Assembly: GCA_951406725.2 (NCBI GenBank)
Contig: OX597815.1
Span: 72,292,001 to 72,356,000, forward strand
Source of the DNA: Octopus vulgaris
Taxonomy: Eukaryota
DNA: 64,000 nucleotides
Direction of reading: 5' to 3'
Shown here: positions 1-14,523 of the stretch, in pieces
Layout of the letters: every line of letters starts with the position of its first letter
Numbering within the stretch: position 1 is the first letter of the stretch
Notes under the pieces: model-generated
What the model was told of the DNA's origin: nothing
Seen by the model: only the letters and a program-made list of their open reading frames with translations
Database searches by the model: none
Position numbers and translations under genes: made by a program

Positions 1-9
1 ACTAGTAGT

Positions 10-560
10 GCATATGTGTTGAGAAGTGTATAGATCATGGTTAAGTGTATTGAAGATGGGAAGTGTATTGGTTTTGAGAGGATGATAAGCGTATAGAAGT
101 TGGTAAGTGTATGGATGATCGGAGTTTATTAAATTGGTAGTGTTTAGAAGATAGTCTCTGTATGAATCTGAAAGTGTACACAAGCTAGATTGTGTATGGA
201 AGATAAGAAGTGAATAGAGATGGTGAATGTATGGAAGCTTGGAAGCGTGTAGAAGTTGGGAAGTGTGCTAAATATAAGGCAGTGTATAGTAGATGAGAAG
301 TGTATGTTAAAGTATAGAAAATGGAAAGTACTTTGTATAGAAGTTGGAAAATGGATTGAGGACGGGAAATAAAGAAAAGCTGGAATGTAAATAGAGGGCG
401 GGAGTGTATAGAAAGAAAATGGGAAGTGTATAACTGAAATGATTTGTATAGAATATAACAAAAGTGTATGGAAGATGGGAAATATATAGAAGTTCGGAAG
501 TGTATAGAAGATAGGAAGCGTATGGAAAATCAGTATATCTGTGAAAGCAAATAAGAGCTA
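10..560. repeat. Degenerate ~19-bp minisatellite (consensus ~GGAAGTGTATAGAAGATGG)
   Basis: AAGTGTATAGA-like motif recurs about every 19 bp, e.g. 'gaagtgtatagatc', 'ggaagcgtgtagaagttgg', 'ggaagtgtatagaagatagg'. Confidence 0.85.
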
Positions 561-999
561 AGAAAATTACATTTGTTAAGCCAATAAAGTTGTCGTAAAA
601 ACGTCTAAAGGGATTTCCTATCACAATTTAAGTTAATTAGCAGAAAACCTTATATTCTACTTCTTCTAGGTCTTTAGGTTCGCTGCATATGGTACCTAGG
701 TGTGCTGCAAGGAGTATGTATGTGCCTTACGATATTTATCTAAGTGTGCGGCAAGTAGTATCTCGGTGAGCCACATAGAAAAATTATGTGGGCCGTGCAT
801 TCTTAAAACATATAAATTAAAGTTTTTGAAAAATTCATATTCGATGCTTGAGCTCCTTAAAAACCATGTTTCATAATTTCGTTATACAGAAATCAGTTTA
901 ATAAAATGAAATAAACAATCTAATTCCTATATTTTTCACTTAGATTTTTTTTACTTACAACATTCATCTTTTTTCTCGGCCCACTGTTCCTGGAAAGGT

Positions 1000-1440
1000 A
1001 GTGGAGGTAGATTCCTCACGTGCCTCTTCTGTAGGGTCCTAACCGAAGTAACCGTCATTATGCTCTCTTGTTGGATTCCCAAGAATGACCAACCGTGACT
1101 GGATATCATCCAACAACCTTGTTCTTGCTCTACTCCTACGTCTGTTCCGTTTGGCTCAGCTTGAAGAATTCCTCTTAAGATTCTTTCCTGCTACATTCTA
1201 ATCACATATCCGTATAACCGGAATTGTGATTGACCTCTCGATGCAGAGAAGTAACGATTCAACCTAGTGAGACTCTAATCTCAGATCAACGAACCCTGTC
1301 GAGTAACGTTACTCCAGAGATTCCAAGGAGGAACCTCATTTCGGTTGTTTGTATGTGCGATCGTACTCTTTTGGTCATTATGCAACATTTATGACTGTAG
1401 GTGAGGATAGGCACGAAAAACGATTGTTCGTTTCATTTCC
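1000..1440 (-). mobile_element. RTE-like LINE 3' fragment (decayed ORF2 C-terminus)
   Basis: Minus-strand reading 'ESLLLCIERSQSQFRLYGYVIRM*QERILRGILQAEP' resembles the RTE C-terminal 'RxxLRWxGHVxRM' region. It contains stops. Confidence 0.6.
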
Positions 1441-1540
1441 TTGATCTTTAATACGCCAGACACAGCCAAACAGTCTCACACATAAAAAACCTGTTGTTTC
1501 GTTTGATATGATGCGTATACATACATACATACATATATAT

Positions 1541-1679
<139 letters not shown>

Positions 1680-1688
1680 GTAGGTAGG

Positions 1689-1719
<31 letters not shown>

Positions 1720-1720
1720 G

Positions 1721-1782
<62 letters not shown>

Positions 1783-2269
1783 TTGATCTATGCTTGTCTT
1801 TTTCAATGTACATTGTTCGAGGACATTGGTTACTGAATATCTTGTTCCGCTAAATTTTATTAGGCTTGTTTTTAGTGTAGTATCACGTTTGTGATGTGAT
1901 ATAGGTTGAAAAACAACGTATCGAGTTGTGTATACTCGTTGTATAGTCTATATGTTTTAAGTTCTTAATTTGTTGTTCCTAAGGTTTGTGTTGTGTTATC
2001 ATGTCGAGTATCGGTGGTTGAATAGTTTTTCCTTAATATGTTTAGTTCGCTTGTTGCTTTGTATTATAATTTTAAGTTAGCAATATCCTTTTTGGGAGTA
2101 AGTTCTTTGTTTTATAGGTACTGCTTTGTAACTATAAGTCAATACTAATGGTTTTCATTTTATGCTGTTTCTTATAGTAAATAGCAGGTGTTCGCGTATT
2201 GACCATACTAGGCTAATGTTTCGCTCCTGCTGCTTACTATTGGTTACCAGGCAGCGTTTACATTTTTAA

Positions 2270-2560
2270 TGCTGTTGACACTGCCGGATTCGGTAGTTAC
2301 TGTCAAGGTGTTGAAACTATAGTGATATCCGTTTGGCGGCTGATGATAGGGATACATATTTGCTCTCTTTATTTCACATCCAGCAGCAACACGAGTGAGG
2401 ACACATTACAAATACAGAGGACTTTTAAGACTAGGAAATACCCACCACCGAACCAGTAACTAACAGCCTTTAAGGATGAACTGTGGATGAACATTAAATG
2501 AGCATTAAATTTAAGAAATTCTTTCTAAGAAGAAATGAACACTTACGAAAATTACTTTGA
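2270..2560 (+). mobile_element. Penelope-like element relic: terminal-repeat end followed by ORF N-terminal fragment
   Basis: Translation 'FKTRKYPPPNQ*LTAFKDELW...SIKFKK' resembles the recalled PLE N-terminal block (FKSxKxPPxxxELxxFExDLxxxxxxIKF). It is preceded by a GAAA...CTGATGATAGGG motif. Confidence 0.5.
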
Positions 2561-2579
2561 AATTACTTATTTATATATA

Positions 2580-2975
2580 TACTCTTTACTCTCTCTTTTA
2601 CTTGTTTCAGTCATCTGACTTCGGCCATGCTGGAGCACCGCCTTTAATCGAGCAACTCAACTCCGGGACTTATTCTTTGTAAGCCCAGTACTTATTCTAT
2701 CGGTCTCTTTTGCCGAACCGCTAAGTGACGGGGACATAAACACACCAGCATCGGTTGTCAAGCAATGCTAGGGGGACAAAACACAGACACACAAACATAC
2801 ACGCACACACATATATATACATATATACGACGGGCTTCTTTCAGATTCCGTCTACCAAATCCACTCACAAGGCTTTGGTCGGCCCGAGGCTATAGTAGAA
2901 GGTGCCACGCAGTGGGATTGAGCCCGGAACCATGTGGTTGGTAAGCAAGCTACTTACCACACAGCCACTCCTGCG

Positions 2976-2976
<1 letters not shown>
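2580..2976 (-). mobile_element. tRNA-derived SINE family A, near full length
   Basis: Head with A-box tggctgtgtgg and B-box-like ggctcaatccc, internal microsatellite, 3' body with gcggttcggcaaaagagaccgatagaataagtac, and an (agtaaag)-like tail. Many homologues in the window. Confidence 0.9.
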
Positions 2977-3035
<59 letters not shown>

Positions 3036-3064
3036 TGTTTTTATGTTCAGTTACAATATTTTCC

Positions 3065-3252
3065 AGTATAGGCACAACGGGGCGGGTAGTCGATTACACC
3101 AACCCCAGTACTCAATTGCCACTTAATTTAGTGAGCCCGAAGGATGAAAGGCAAAGTCGACCTCGGCGGAATTTGAACTCAGAACGTAGCGACCGACGAA
3201 CTACCGTTAAGCATTTCGTTCAGCGTGCTTACGATTCTGCCGGCTCGCCGCC
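3065..3252 (-). mobile_element. tRNA-derived SINE family B
   Basis: Reverse complement reads ggcggcgagc...gttctgagttcaaattccgccgaggtcgactttgcctttcatcc. B-box gagttcaaattcc. Homologous to copies at 14.3, 14.8, 23.0, 23.2, 29.5 and 60.6 kb. Confidence 0.9.
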
Positions 3253-3337
3253 TTATATTCAGTCACAATAAAAACAATTTTACACATTAACCTGATGGGT
3301 TACTCTATACTTTTGTAGAGTAAAAATTTATGATTCC

Positions 3338-3434
3338 TATACAAGAATGCTGTTGACAGTGACTTCGATGTTTCGTCGGTCGATGGTTTAGATGGCCGAA
3401 GCCTCTAAATCACTGTCAACAACATCCTTGTATA
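3338..3434. repeat. Imperfect ~97-bp hairpin (inverted repeat)
   Basis: tatacaagaatgctgttgacagtga pairs with tcactgtcaacaacatccttgtata. Confidence 0.85.
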
Positions 3435-3676
3435 AAAACAGTGTGTGTGTATGCGTATGTGCGTATGCGCGCGCATTTGTATAGGCACAAGTATAATCGT
3501 CACTAAAGTGACCGGGGGTGCTACACAGCGCCAGCATTGTTAGAAATAGGAGTCAAAACAACAGTTAGCCACGCGAGAACACTTATCTAACGACTGACAA
3601 GGGGAACAAGCTTCCTACAGCAAGAAAAATGGAGTCATATCATCGATATTTCAGATTTGAAAATGATTTATGATTC

Positions 3677-3723
<47 letters not shown>

Positions 3724-4209
3724 ATACATACATATATATATATACATACATACATAAATACATACATGCATACATAAATACATACATACATACATACATA
3801 CATACATACATACATACATACATACATACATACATACATAGCGTACATTATATAGCGTTTGATGTGAAGTACGCGTGCGTTTGATGTACACCATATTACA
3901 TTTGGTATGCATATAGTTAAGTATATGGAGAGACTATTTAGTAATCATCGATTGTACTGTATACTTACCTAACAGGAAAAATGTCTGCTCCCAAATAATT
4001 TATAAGTAACAAGCACACAACAAAGCATAACACAATCTTCTACAAGTTTCTTTGCAGTTAGAAAAGATTAATGTATCTATTACTGTGTATTTTAGTAAAC
4101 TGATAACATTTTATCGCCATTTTTAATCTCAGAAACTAAGAAACAAATAAAAGGAACTCTTTAAGACGGTTAATCAGTCAGGGAAATTTTCGTTTCTCCC
4201 CGCCTCGTA

Positions 4210-4260
4210 TGATGATGATGATGATGATGATGATCATCATCATCATCATCATCATCATCA

Positions 4261-4291
<31 letters not shown>

Positions 4292-4720
4292 CTTCTTCTT
4301 CTTCTTCTTCTTCTTCTTCTTCTTCTTCTTCTTCTTCTTCTTCTTCTTCTTCTTCTTCCACTTTTGCTTCTCTTCCTTTCCAGTCTATTCCTTCTTCTTT
4401 CCTTCTACTCATTCTCTTTATCTTTCTCCTCCTCTTTCTTCATCATCTTCTTCTCATCCTCCTCTTCTTTCTTCATATTTCTTCTTCTTCATGTTCTCTT
4501 CCTCTTCTTTCTTCATATTTCTTCTTCTTCATGTTCTCTTCCTCTTCTTTCTTCATATTTCTTCTTCTTCATGTTCTCTTCCTCTTCTATCTTCATATTT
4601 CTTCTTCTTCATGTTCTCTTCCTCTTCTTTCTTCATATTTCTTCTTCTTCATCTTCTCTTCCTCTTCTTTCTCTTAGTCATCTTCTTCCTTTTCTCCCCT
4701 TCGTCTTCCTTTTCCTCCCC

Positions 4721-4752
<32 letters not shown>

Positions 4753-4810
4753 CTTCTTCTTCTTCTTCTTCTTCTTCTTCTTCTTCTTCTTCTTCTTCTT
4801 CTTCTTCTTC
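4210..4810. repeat. Compound triplet tract (GAT)n(CAT)n(TTC)n containing a 40-bp tandem repeat x5
   Basis: Unit cctcttctttcttcatatttcttcttcttcatgttctctt starts at 4461, 4501, 4541, 4581 and 4621, flanked by long (TTC)n runs. Confidence 0.95.
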
Positions 4811-5512
4811 TATTTTTCCTTCTAATTTTCTTTCTTCACTTACTCCTCCCACTTTTCCTGTTTCGTCTTATTCCCCTCCTCCTTTTCCTTTTTCTCCCCC
4901 TTCTCCTCCTCCACCTTGTTTTTCTCTTCCTTCTCATTCTGTCCCCTTTTCTCCTCTTAATTCTTATTTTCCATCGTATTCTTCAACTTCTCCTCCTTCC
5001 CTTGCTGTTGTTGTTGCTGCTGCTACTGTTGTTGTTGCTGCTGTTGTTGTAGTTGTTGTGATTAAATAAATAGCTATATCGGTAGAAAACCCTCTGACCT
5101 ATCATCCATCCATCCATCCCTCTACATTGATTGAAGTCACATAATTAATTCCGTATGTCACAGCCACAGTCACCGTAAAAAGCCTTTTGCTGCATTAACA
5201 GTCTTCCGTAATAGAGTCATCTAGACTGATATTCGATACGGCACGACATGAAAGATGAAGGAGAGGGGGGAAACGGTGGTAGAGGGGTGGAAAGCCAAGG
5301 AAAAATAGGGGTTAAACAAGTTAAATAAGGGTTGATTTTCAACCGATAGATATGGAGATGGGGATGATGAGGGAGTGGGAGAGAGAGAGTGAGAGAAAGA
5401 GAGAGGGGAGGGAAGAAAAAGCGCGCGCGCGCGTATGTGTATGAGGACAGGATGGTTCTGAAGCAGAATAAAGGAGTAGAGAAAGGTATAAGGAAAAGAG
5501 AAAGAAGAGGAA

Positions 5513-5550
<38 letters not shown>

Positions 5551-5920
5551 TGCGAGTAAGTATAACTGTGTTCAGACGAACAAGGAAGCTGAGGAGGAGA
5601 AGAAGAGGAGAATTGAAAAGGAGAAATGTGTTTTAATAAATAGCTTTAATTAATGAATGAGACAAAATGAGATAGAAATTTTACGAAAGCTCAAAAGGTT
5701 GACCACAATAACCTCGTCGTAAGGTAACAAATGATATGGATGTACAGAATCGTCATAATTACAGATAATGAAGGATTATTACTTAAATTCGAGGCGGCTA
5801 CTGCTTATCTTTGAAGAGAAGACTCTGCATATAATAATTAAAAAGAAATCAATGGTATTTGAGTTGGAGCAACGTTAGGAGGACCCTATTCAAGAACATG
5901 TATATACATACATACATGCA

Positions 5921-5952
<32 letters not shown>

Positions 5953-6054
5953 CATATGCATACAAGCATACATACATATACATATGCATACAAACATATA
6001 TATATATGTGCGTATATTTCTATGTATATATGTGTGTGTGTATATATATATATG

Positions 6055-6104
<50 letters not shown>

Positions 6105-6115
6105 ATATATATATG

Positions 6116-6174
<59 letters not shown>

Positions 6175-6206
6175 TTTATTTTAAGCAGCAGAAAATTCAA
6201 CAAAAT

Positions 6207-6240
6207 CTGTTACTAGTTTCTGTTGCCGTTCATCAGACAG
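6207..6240 (-). ncRNA. Minimal type I hammerhead ribozyme motif
   Basis: Minus strand: CUGU-CUGAUGA-ACGGCAACA-GAAA-CUAG-UA-ACAG. Stem I CUGU/ACAG, canonical core, palindromic stem III ACUAGU, GUA site. Stem II is weak or mutated. Confidence 0.7.
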
Positions 6241-6245
6241 TTTTC

Positions 6246-6706
6246 TAGAATGGAACATATATATTAATTCAATCTATACTACAAACGCTATTTAAAGAAA
6301 TGGACTTGTTTGATATCAATTTCGAGCGATAAACAAAAGGTCAAAATATATGTATATATATATAAAAACTTATAAAATTATAAAATCGAGGAAAAACCGA
6401 GGAAAAAACTATTGCCGTTAATAAGACAGTATTAATGCATGAAATTAAACCTGCTATAAATACTGCAGTATTTATAGCAGGTTTAATTTCTATGCATTAA
6501 TTGTATGTCTTCATTAACGGCAATGGTTTTTCTCGGTTTTTCCTCGATTTTATAATTTATAAGTTTTTATATATATATACATATATTTTTGACCTTTTGT
6601 TTATCGCTCGAAATTGACCGTTTTTCAAAGGCCAATCAAACAAGTCCATTTCTTTAAATGTAGCGTTTGTAAAGTATAGATTGAATTATATATATGTTCC
6701 ATTCTA
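6246..6706. repeat. ~460-bp spacerless palindrome (foldback)
   Basis: Centre tactgcagta (6461-6470). Arms match out to tagaatggaacatat / atatgttccattcta, with scattered indels. Confidence 0.95.
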
Positions 6707-6780
6707 TAACTTCTGATAAAATAAAGCATATTACTCTACCACTGGTATTTGAGTACTATACATTTATGTGTTTACTCCGG

Positions 6781-6822
<42 letters not shown>

Positions 6823-6856
6823 AATATTTTTCGGTCATTTTCTGATGAACAACGTT

Positions 6857-7006
6857 GCAGTTTCCGTCTACCAAGTTCAGTCACAAGTCAGTGGTTGTCC
6901 TAGGACTATAGTAGAAAATACTTGCCCGAGATACCATGCAGAGGGACTGAACATGGAGTGATGTGGTTGGGAAGCAAACTTCTCAACCATACAACCTTCT
7001 TGCACC
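6857..7006 (-). mobile_element. SINE family A, 5' half, diverged
   Basis: Matches family A head (cagtttccgtctacc...gggactgaac...aaacttctcaaccat). Confidence 0.8.
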
Positions 7007-7461
7007 TAATTTGTGTGTGTGTGTGTGTATTTACATTTGTTGTTAAATCGAGTATTGTGTTCCACTAGGTCTCAAAGTTAGCAGTTCATCAAGCAGAGAT
7101 CTATAAAATAAATGCCAGACTGAAATAGTACTGCGGTCTGTATGATCAATTACATTTTTGAAGGTGATATCCCATCATAGCGACAGTAGAAAGACTAAGC
7201 CCAGTAAAATAATGTTTCATGACTCAATGGCTTCAAATTTAAGATAATGGGTTACTAACCACAAGATAATGAAGTTCAAAACTTCGTATTGAACTTCCAC
7301 TCTATACGATAACACTATATGTACATCTCAGTCTATTTGACTTCTGACAATTAACAATTACAATTTGAAGTTGAACGGTTAGCAGTAAAAAAAGATGTCC
7401 AAATTTCTTTTAAAAATATTGTGCAAAATATTCTGAGAAAAAGTACTTTTTTCACCACGAT

Positions 7462-7620
<159 letters not shown>

Positions 7621-8134
7621 GTATCTCTGTGATAACTTGAGCTACTACAAATGAAAGACAGATTTACAGTATTTCAGGAAGAAAAAATTACTATGCAATG
7701 GGTCTGCTATATCAGAGGCAACTCTGGGCTAAACAAAACGCAGACAAACATACTTCATATTAAAAGATTATCTACTGAATAATACTAATAAAGTTGACAG
7801 TATATCTTCGAAATTTCATTCCTCAGTAAAACTGCATGTATTTTAAACATTTTCTCAATTTGCTCTATCTAAGACAAAGTTGTCTGCCTTAGCTAAAGAC
7901 CTCAGAATTGTGCGACCCGACCTCGTTTTCGATGTTATTTTTGCAGTAAAAAAGAGTTGTGCAAAAACATACTTTAATTGGTAGCCGGAAGATTACTGAA
8001 TCTTTTGATACCTCATACGTCAAAATTGGTAACTCAGTTTCCGAATCCATAAGGAACATACAAGTGTGCGTGCGCATGCGCGCGCGCACACACACACACA
8101 CAAACAAACTATTTTATATATATATAGATATACC

Positions 8135-8893
<759 letters not shown>

Positions 8894-9053
8894 CCCCACA
8901 CATCCACGCGTGCACGTATACCACATAGCCAAGCTTGCGCCTCCTATTCTGTATCATTTAGCTGTCTGGATGTTTTGCGTTCTTGTCCCTTTTTTGTGTT
9001 CCTTTTTGTATACACGTGGCGGCGTGCGTACACTTTTGTCTCTTATATGTAAG

Positions 9054-9137
<84 letters not shown>

Positions 9138-9224
9138 AATTTTGTACGACTCTCTTATTCTTTCTTTCATTCTTTCTTTCTTTCTATCAGCCCCTTCACA
9201 TTTATTTCGTTCTTTCCAATCTTC

Positions 9225-9845
9225 TTTCTTTCGTTCCCCCTCTCTCACATTTCATGGCTTTCTCTTCATTCTCACCTTTTCTCCTCTTTCACTTCACTCT
9301 ATTCCTTTTATTTTTTCTCGTCCCTCCCTAATTCTTCTATCCCGCTGCCTCTGCTTCTCTCCTCTCTCTCCACGTGACCGATGTTCAGCCAAGCCTGACC
9401 TTTCTTTCTTCGTTCGACTACCATCCGTGCAACATCTATATTCCTCCCAATGTCTGTTGTCTCTTGTATCCCTGCCGTAAGCTTTACTTCCACACACGCC
9501 AGCTTAATTTGATTCGTCCTTAGTCGAAAGACATCTGTTGTTAATGTCCTGTTATTTACATTTCTATTTGCGTATCATTTCTCCGTTCTTTTCGTCCTTG
9601 TTTTCGTATACATGTGCTGCTTTCTTCTAAGGAATCTACTGCTCTTGGTTTAGTTTTTTCTTGGGGTTGGCTAGATTGGAGCAATCTCGAGTATAACCAG
9701 CCGAAATTACAAAGATAATCTGGAACTCGACCGAGGAAAGAAAACTCCGAATGACCCGTTCTTGTTTTTCTTGTCCCTTTTTTGTATCATCTAACTGTGT
9801 GGTTGTCTTGCGTTCTTGTCCCATTTTTTGTGTTCCTTTTTGCAT
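9225..9845 (+). mobile_element. ~620-bp CT-rich interspersed repeat (probable PLE terminal repeat), copy 1
   Basis: Colinear with 26320-26950. Its 3' end also occurs at 8945-9015. Flanked by microsatellites. Confidence 0.75.
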
Positions 9846-9889
9846 TATGTATGTATATATCACAGACAGACAGACAGATAGATAGATAG

Positions 9890-9998
<109 letters not shown>

Positions 9999-10001
9999 GA
10001 G

Positions 10002-10045
<44 letters not shown>

Positions 10046-10412
10046 TGATGATGAATTTTCGTCAGGATGACTCAAGCTAATAGGTATGCGTTCTGAGCGC
10101 TCAAACAGGTATGCCACCAAGATTCCAGTTTGAGCAGCAGTTGAAGTTGTGGCTATGTGATTATCTTATTCAAAATAATTAAAAGTGGCTTACCTTTGAG
10201 TCAGTAGGTATAAGTTAAAGTGGCGAGGAAAAGCAAACGATTCGACAAAGCAGGACAAGGACATTTAAATCTAAATTTAGTTACATAATTTTAGAATGGT
10301 AAAAATAGTAAAATATAGTTATGAAGCTAAATTCAGTTTCAATTAAATGAAATTAAATGCTATTCTCCTGCCTTGCCTAATTGTTTGCCTTTACTCACTA
10401 CTTTAACCTCTC

Positions 10413-10547
<135 letters not shown>

Positions 10548-10551
10548 ATCG

Positions 10552-10788
10552 CCCTTTTCAAGCCTAGCCACGGCTTCTGTGGCGTATGTGTTCCCTCCAG
10601 CTGGACGAGACGCCAGTCCATCGCAGCATTACTCAAGAAACAGGAAGAGAGAGTGAGAGAAAGTTGTGACGAAAGAGTACAACAGGGGTCGCCACTATCC
10701 CCTGCCGGAGCCTCGTGGAGCTTTTAGGTGTTTTCGCTCAATAAACACACACGAGTCCGCTGCCTTAACCACTGGGCCATTGCACCTA
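10552..10788 (-). mobile_element. tRNA-derived SINE family C (internally deleted)
   Basis: Shares accactgggccattg and gctttaggtgttttcgctcaataaacac with 49899-50282. Confidence 0.8.
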
Positions 10789-13700
10789 CACACACACACA
10801 TATATATATATACATATATTGTATAAAAGATCGTGGGTAAGGCCAAAACAATGCAAAGTAAATGCAAGATAAATCACAAGAAAACTATTATGTGAATTAA
10901 TGTAGACTTACTTTGTATTCAATATTGCGTGTTTATGACCCCGAAGATGGGGTCATAACCCCGAAATATTCAAGACTATCCGAACTCGATCTAACAATCC
11001 TTGAAATTGCGCCGCTGTGTTTCTAGTTAGTTAAGCTCTCCAACTGTGCGTTGTCAGCTTGCTGGGATATTAGATGAATAAATTGAGCCGAGAGAGTTCA
11101 ATATCTTGGCAAAGGACTCGGAGTAACTTTTACTCTTTTACCAAAACATTTTCATAAGCGTGTCCTAAGCGTCCATGCTTGTTTTCAAACTTTTGAGTTA
11201 AACCTCGTTTCATAGGTTCTGAGTAATATAAAGCTTTCCCTTCATAAGTCCCAAGTTACTTTGGTAGTTGAAAAAAAAACAAACATGAGTACGTGTATCA
11301 TATACGATACATGGGCACCAGTGAGATATGGCTGTGTATCACAAGTGATACAGAGGACCGGAATGATGATATCTATTTCACTCACTAACGCAAAGGCATG
11401 ACTGGTTGAGAGATAAAAGTTTGATTCTTATTTTAATTAACACTCGGGTCAGTGGGAAAAGAAAGAATAAATCTGTGGGGTTTGAGCACAGAACTTATCG
11501 AAACGCAAATAAATAACACAAGTAATTTTCTCCACTTCTTCATCGTCTCAGCTATTTCATTACTCTTATCAGACAGAGAAAATAAAAGACAGAAACAAGA
11601 AACCACGGTAGCTTATATATGAAATACCCAGACTAATAACACACCTAATTAAAGAGTGAAGAATTTATTCTGAGTAATAAGTAATTTTATAACACGAGTA
11701 ATAAGTAATTTTATAACACAAGTAAAATAATTTCAGTTATTTGAGTTACTCAAACAACCAAACAAACGAAAAAGGGTGTATACTGGTTATTAATGTATAT
11801 AACGTATCCAGAAGACTAATTATATTGCTATATAAGGTGAAGTAATTCCTGTCAGTTAAACACCCCGCAGCAATAAATTGCAGTACAATACTTTTACAAT
11901 GATTGAATATAGTTTTATAAGCAACTCAACTTATTAACATTGATTCATGTCACTCGTATTTTGTGATGCAATTAATAACAGTTAAGGCAAGTAGAAGGGA
12001 AAATGCTCCAGTAGATGCGTCATTGGGTATATAATTGGATAAAACTTATGGATCATGAGTTCAATTTAACCTCGGCCTTTCCTGTGTTTCTAGATAGACC
12101 AGTTTATTCTACATTACCTCGGTACAACTGTGTATGGGAATTAGCTACTAGATCATCCGGGAATTACTTGTGATTGACTGGTATTTTATGAAGATGTTCG
12201 AATCTGCCAGAACGTATTAAAAATGAATAGATACGTTTTGGGTTGGATTCTCGCTGTTCTGCGTGCACCCCATGAATTATTTTTATCTGTTTGGCATATA
12301 ATTTGTTTGCTATAAACAAAAAGTTTGTTTCCAGAAAAGCAATAGCTCGTGAGATTCATCGGTCCGTTGGGATGATAACTTTGATTGAGGCGACACAGAA
12401 CGAGGTTGAAACGCCGCAGTGTCTCAAAGTACCCTGAGACCGGTGGATCGTGTGTGTTATAAACACATATTATCTAAAAGGAGGAAGTGTTCTCTGTAGA
12501 CGGGAAGCAACAACGATTCACGTTCGAATCTGCTTGGCCGTATTAAGAATGAATAGATACGTCATTGTTATATTTGTCTGCTACACGAAAAAAGAGAAAG
12601 AAAAAAAAAGCTGAGCCATATCCCAGTTTTTACAAAGCCTTCAATACTTTGCAGACATTTAAGTTTTAATCTTCGAGTGATTAATGAGCAAAAAGTGAAT
12701 CCTATGATTAAAAGAATAACTGTCGATTTAATCTATTTGAGGAAGAATATATATAATCTTATGCACATGGTAGTATTTGAGCTTGAACAACACAACGAAT
12801 TGATAAAAATACTGGTTAGTTGTTAAATTAGCAAATGTCTCCTAAATATGGAGCACTACCTGAGATCTTCGGATTAAATAAGTAATTGGAAGAAAAAAAA
12901 TTCTTCACAATTGTCAAGTGGACGAGAATAATGGAATTGCTCTTCTTAAAGAATTATCATAGAGACTACAAAATGAAGATTCGGGGAACCATGCATTACA
13001 GCTCATTAATTTTACATAATATAAGGACTTCGCGACAAAGAGTTGCAACATTTTTGCATAATGTTGGTTGTGCAGAAACTACAGACAAAAGAAACAAGAA
13101 ACTTTTTGAAAAAAAAAAATATTAAAAGGAATACAAAAAATAATCAACAACAAAATAACAGAAGCAACTGAATTTATTGAAAAGGAATTCAACAAAGCTG
13201 ATTATTGTTTAGAATAATGCTTCTTAAACTATTTTAAATTATCGCCTCCTTACTCTTACTAAGAATTTTTCAACACTCCCTAGCTACGATTCAATAAAAC
13301 TACTTGCACTATATTTACATCCGTATATATTCCCTTAAAATACTATTTCTGAAGTGTGCAGTGTACGGCAAAGTAAGTCCAAGATTGCGAAGACACAGTA
13401 GAGTACAATAAACAATGTCAATCCACAGATGGGCCTACCCAACCTTGCAAAGATACCGAGTTTTGTCTGTGATGTTTACTTTAGGCCTTGTATGCCATTA
13501 AATAACCTTAAAAATCATCCCAGAACTCGTGAAAGAATAAGAGGGTGAAAATATTGACTAAACACAACGAATAATGAAACGGTTATCATCTGTCAAGATG
13601 AAGTAATTATCATGCATATATGTATGTTAACCTTTAAACAAAGAGTCGGTGCAGTTTTATGGAATACACACACACACACACACGCACACATGCACACGCA

Positions 13701-14304
13701 CATATATAAACATATATACATACACATACACACACACACACATATATATGTATATAATTACATACATACATGCATACACACACTCCCACACCTATATATA
13801 CATATATATAAACAGACATACATATATATATATATGTATTTTGTATACTAGAGTGTTATTCATAAGATGAGGGGTAACTTTGGAAGTATTCTTTTGCTCG
13901 GTTTCTTCGCATTTATACAAAATAATGAAATGAATACTAATTTTCAAAAAAAGAAAAAATATTATCTTAAACTGAAATGAAATAAAATAGATTTCTCATT
14001 TGTATAGTTCCACCCCATAACTATTCTATCATTTTCTCTATCTTCCTCTTGGTCACCTGTCTATGATTCCGCCTGTCTCACTGTGTATGTATAAGGTTCC
14101 ATTACTCAATGCCTGCCACTAAGCCTAGTATGTGACCTCATCTTGCATGTCAACTCTCTCAGTATCTCTCTAGTACCCTACTTTTTATAGGGTGTGAAAC
14201 GTGAATGAAGAGTTAAACCAACCATTCAGTATCTATATCGCCTTTTATAAACTAGTAAAGCACAAGTACGAGTATTATAGATTTAATTTCACTACAACCA
14301 ATCC

Positions 14305-14523
14305 ATATTGTTTCCAAATTTTGGCACAAGGCCAGCAATTTCATGGGCGGGGGTAAGTCAATTACATCGACCCCAGGGGTCAACTCGTAATGTATCTTAT
14401 TGATCCCGAAAGGGATGAAAAGCGAAGTCGACCTCGGCGGAATTTTAACCCAGAACATAAAGACAGGCAAAATGCCGCTAAACATTTTGTCCGGCGTGCT
14501 AACGATTCTGCGAGCTCGCCGCC
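14305..14523 (-). mobile_element. SINE family B
   Basis: Family B consensus match with apparent TSD acaaccaat on both sides. Confidence 0.9.

Noticed and set aside
4461-4660. Regular 40-bp repeats as a CRISPR array
   Set aside because: Head-to-tail units with no spacers, in a eukaryotic context with no cas genes.
4209-5069. 286-aa poly-M/I/F/S ORF
   Set aside because: A triplet-repeat artefact with no protein-like complexity.
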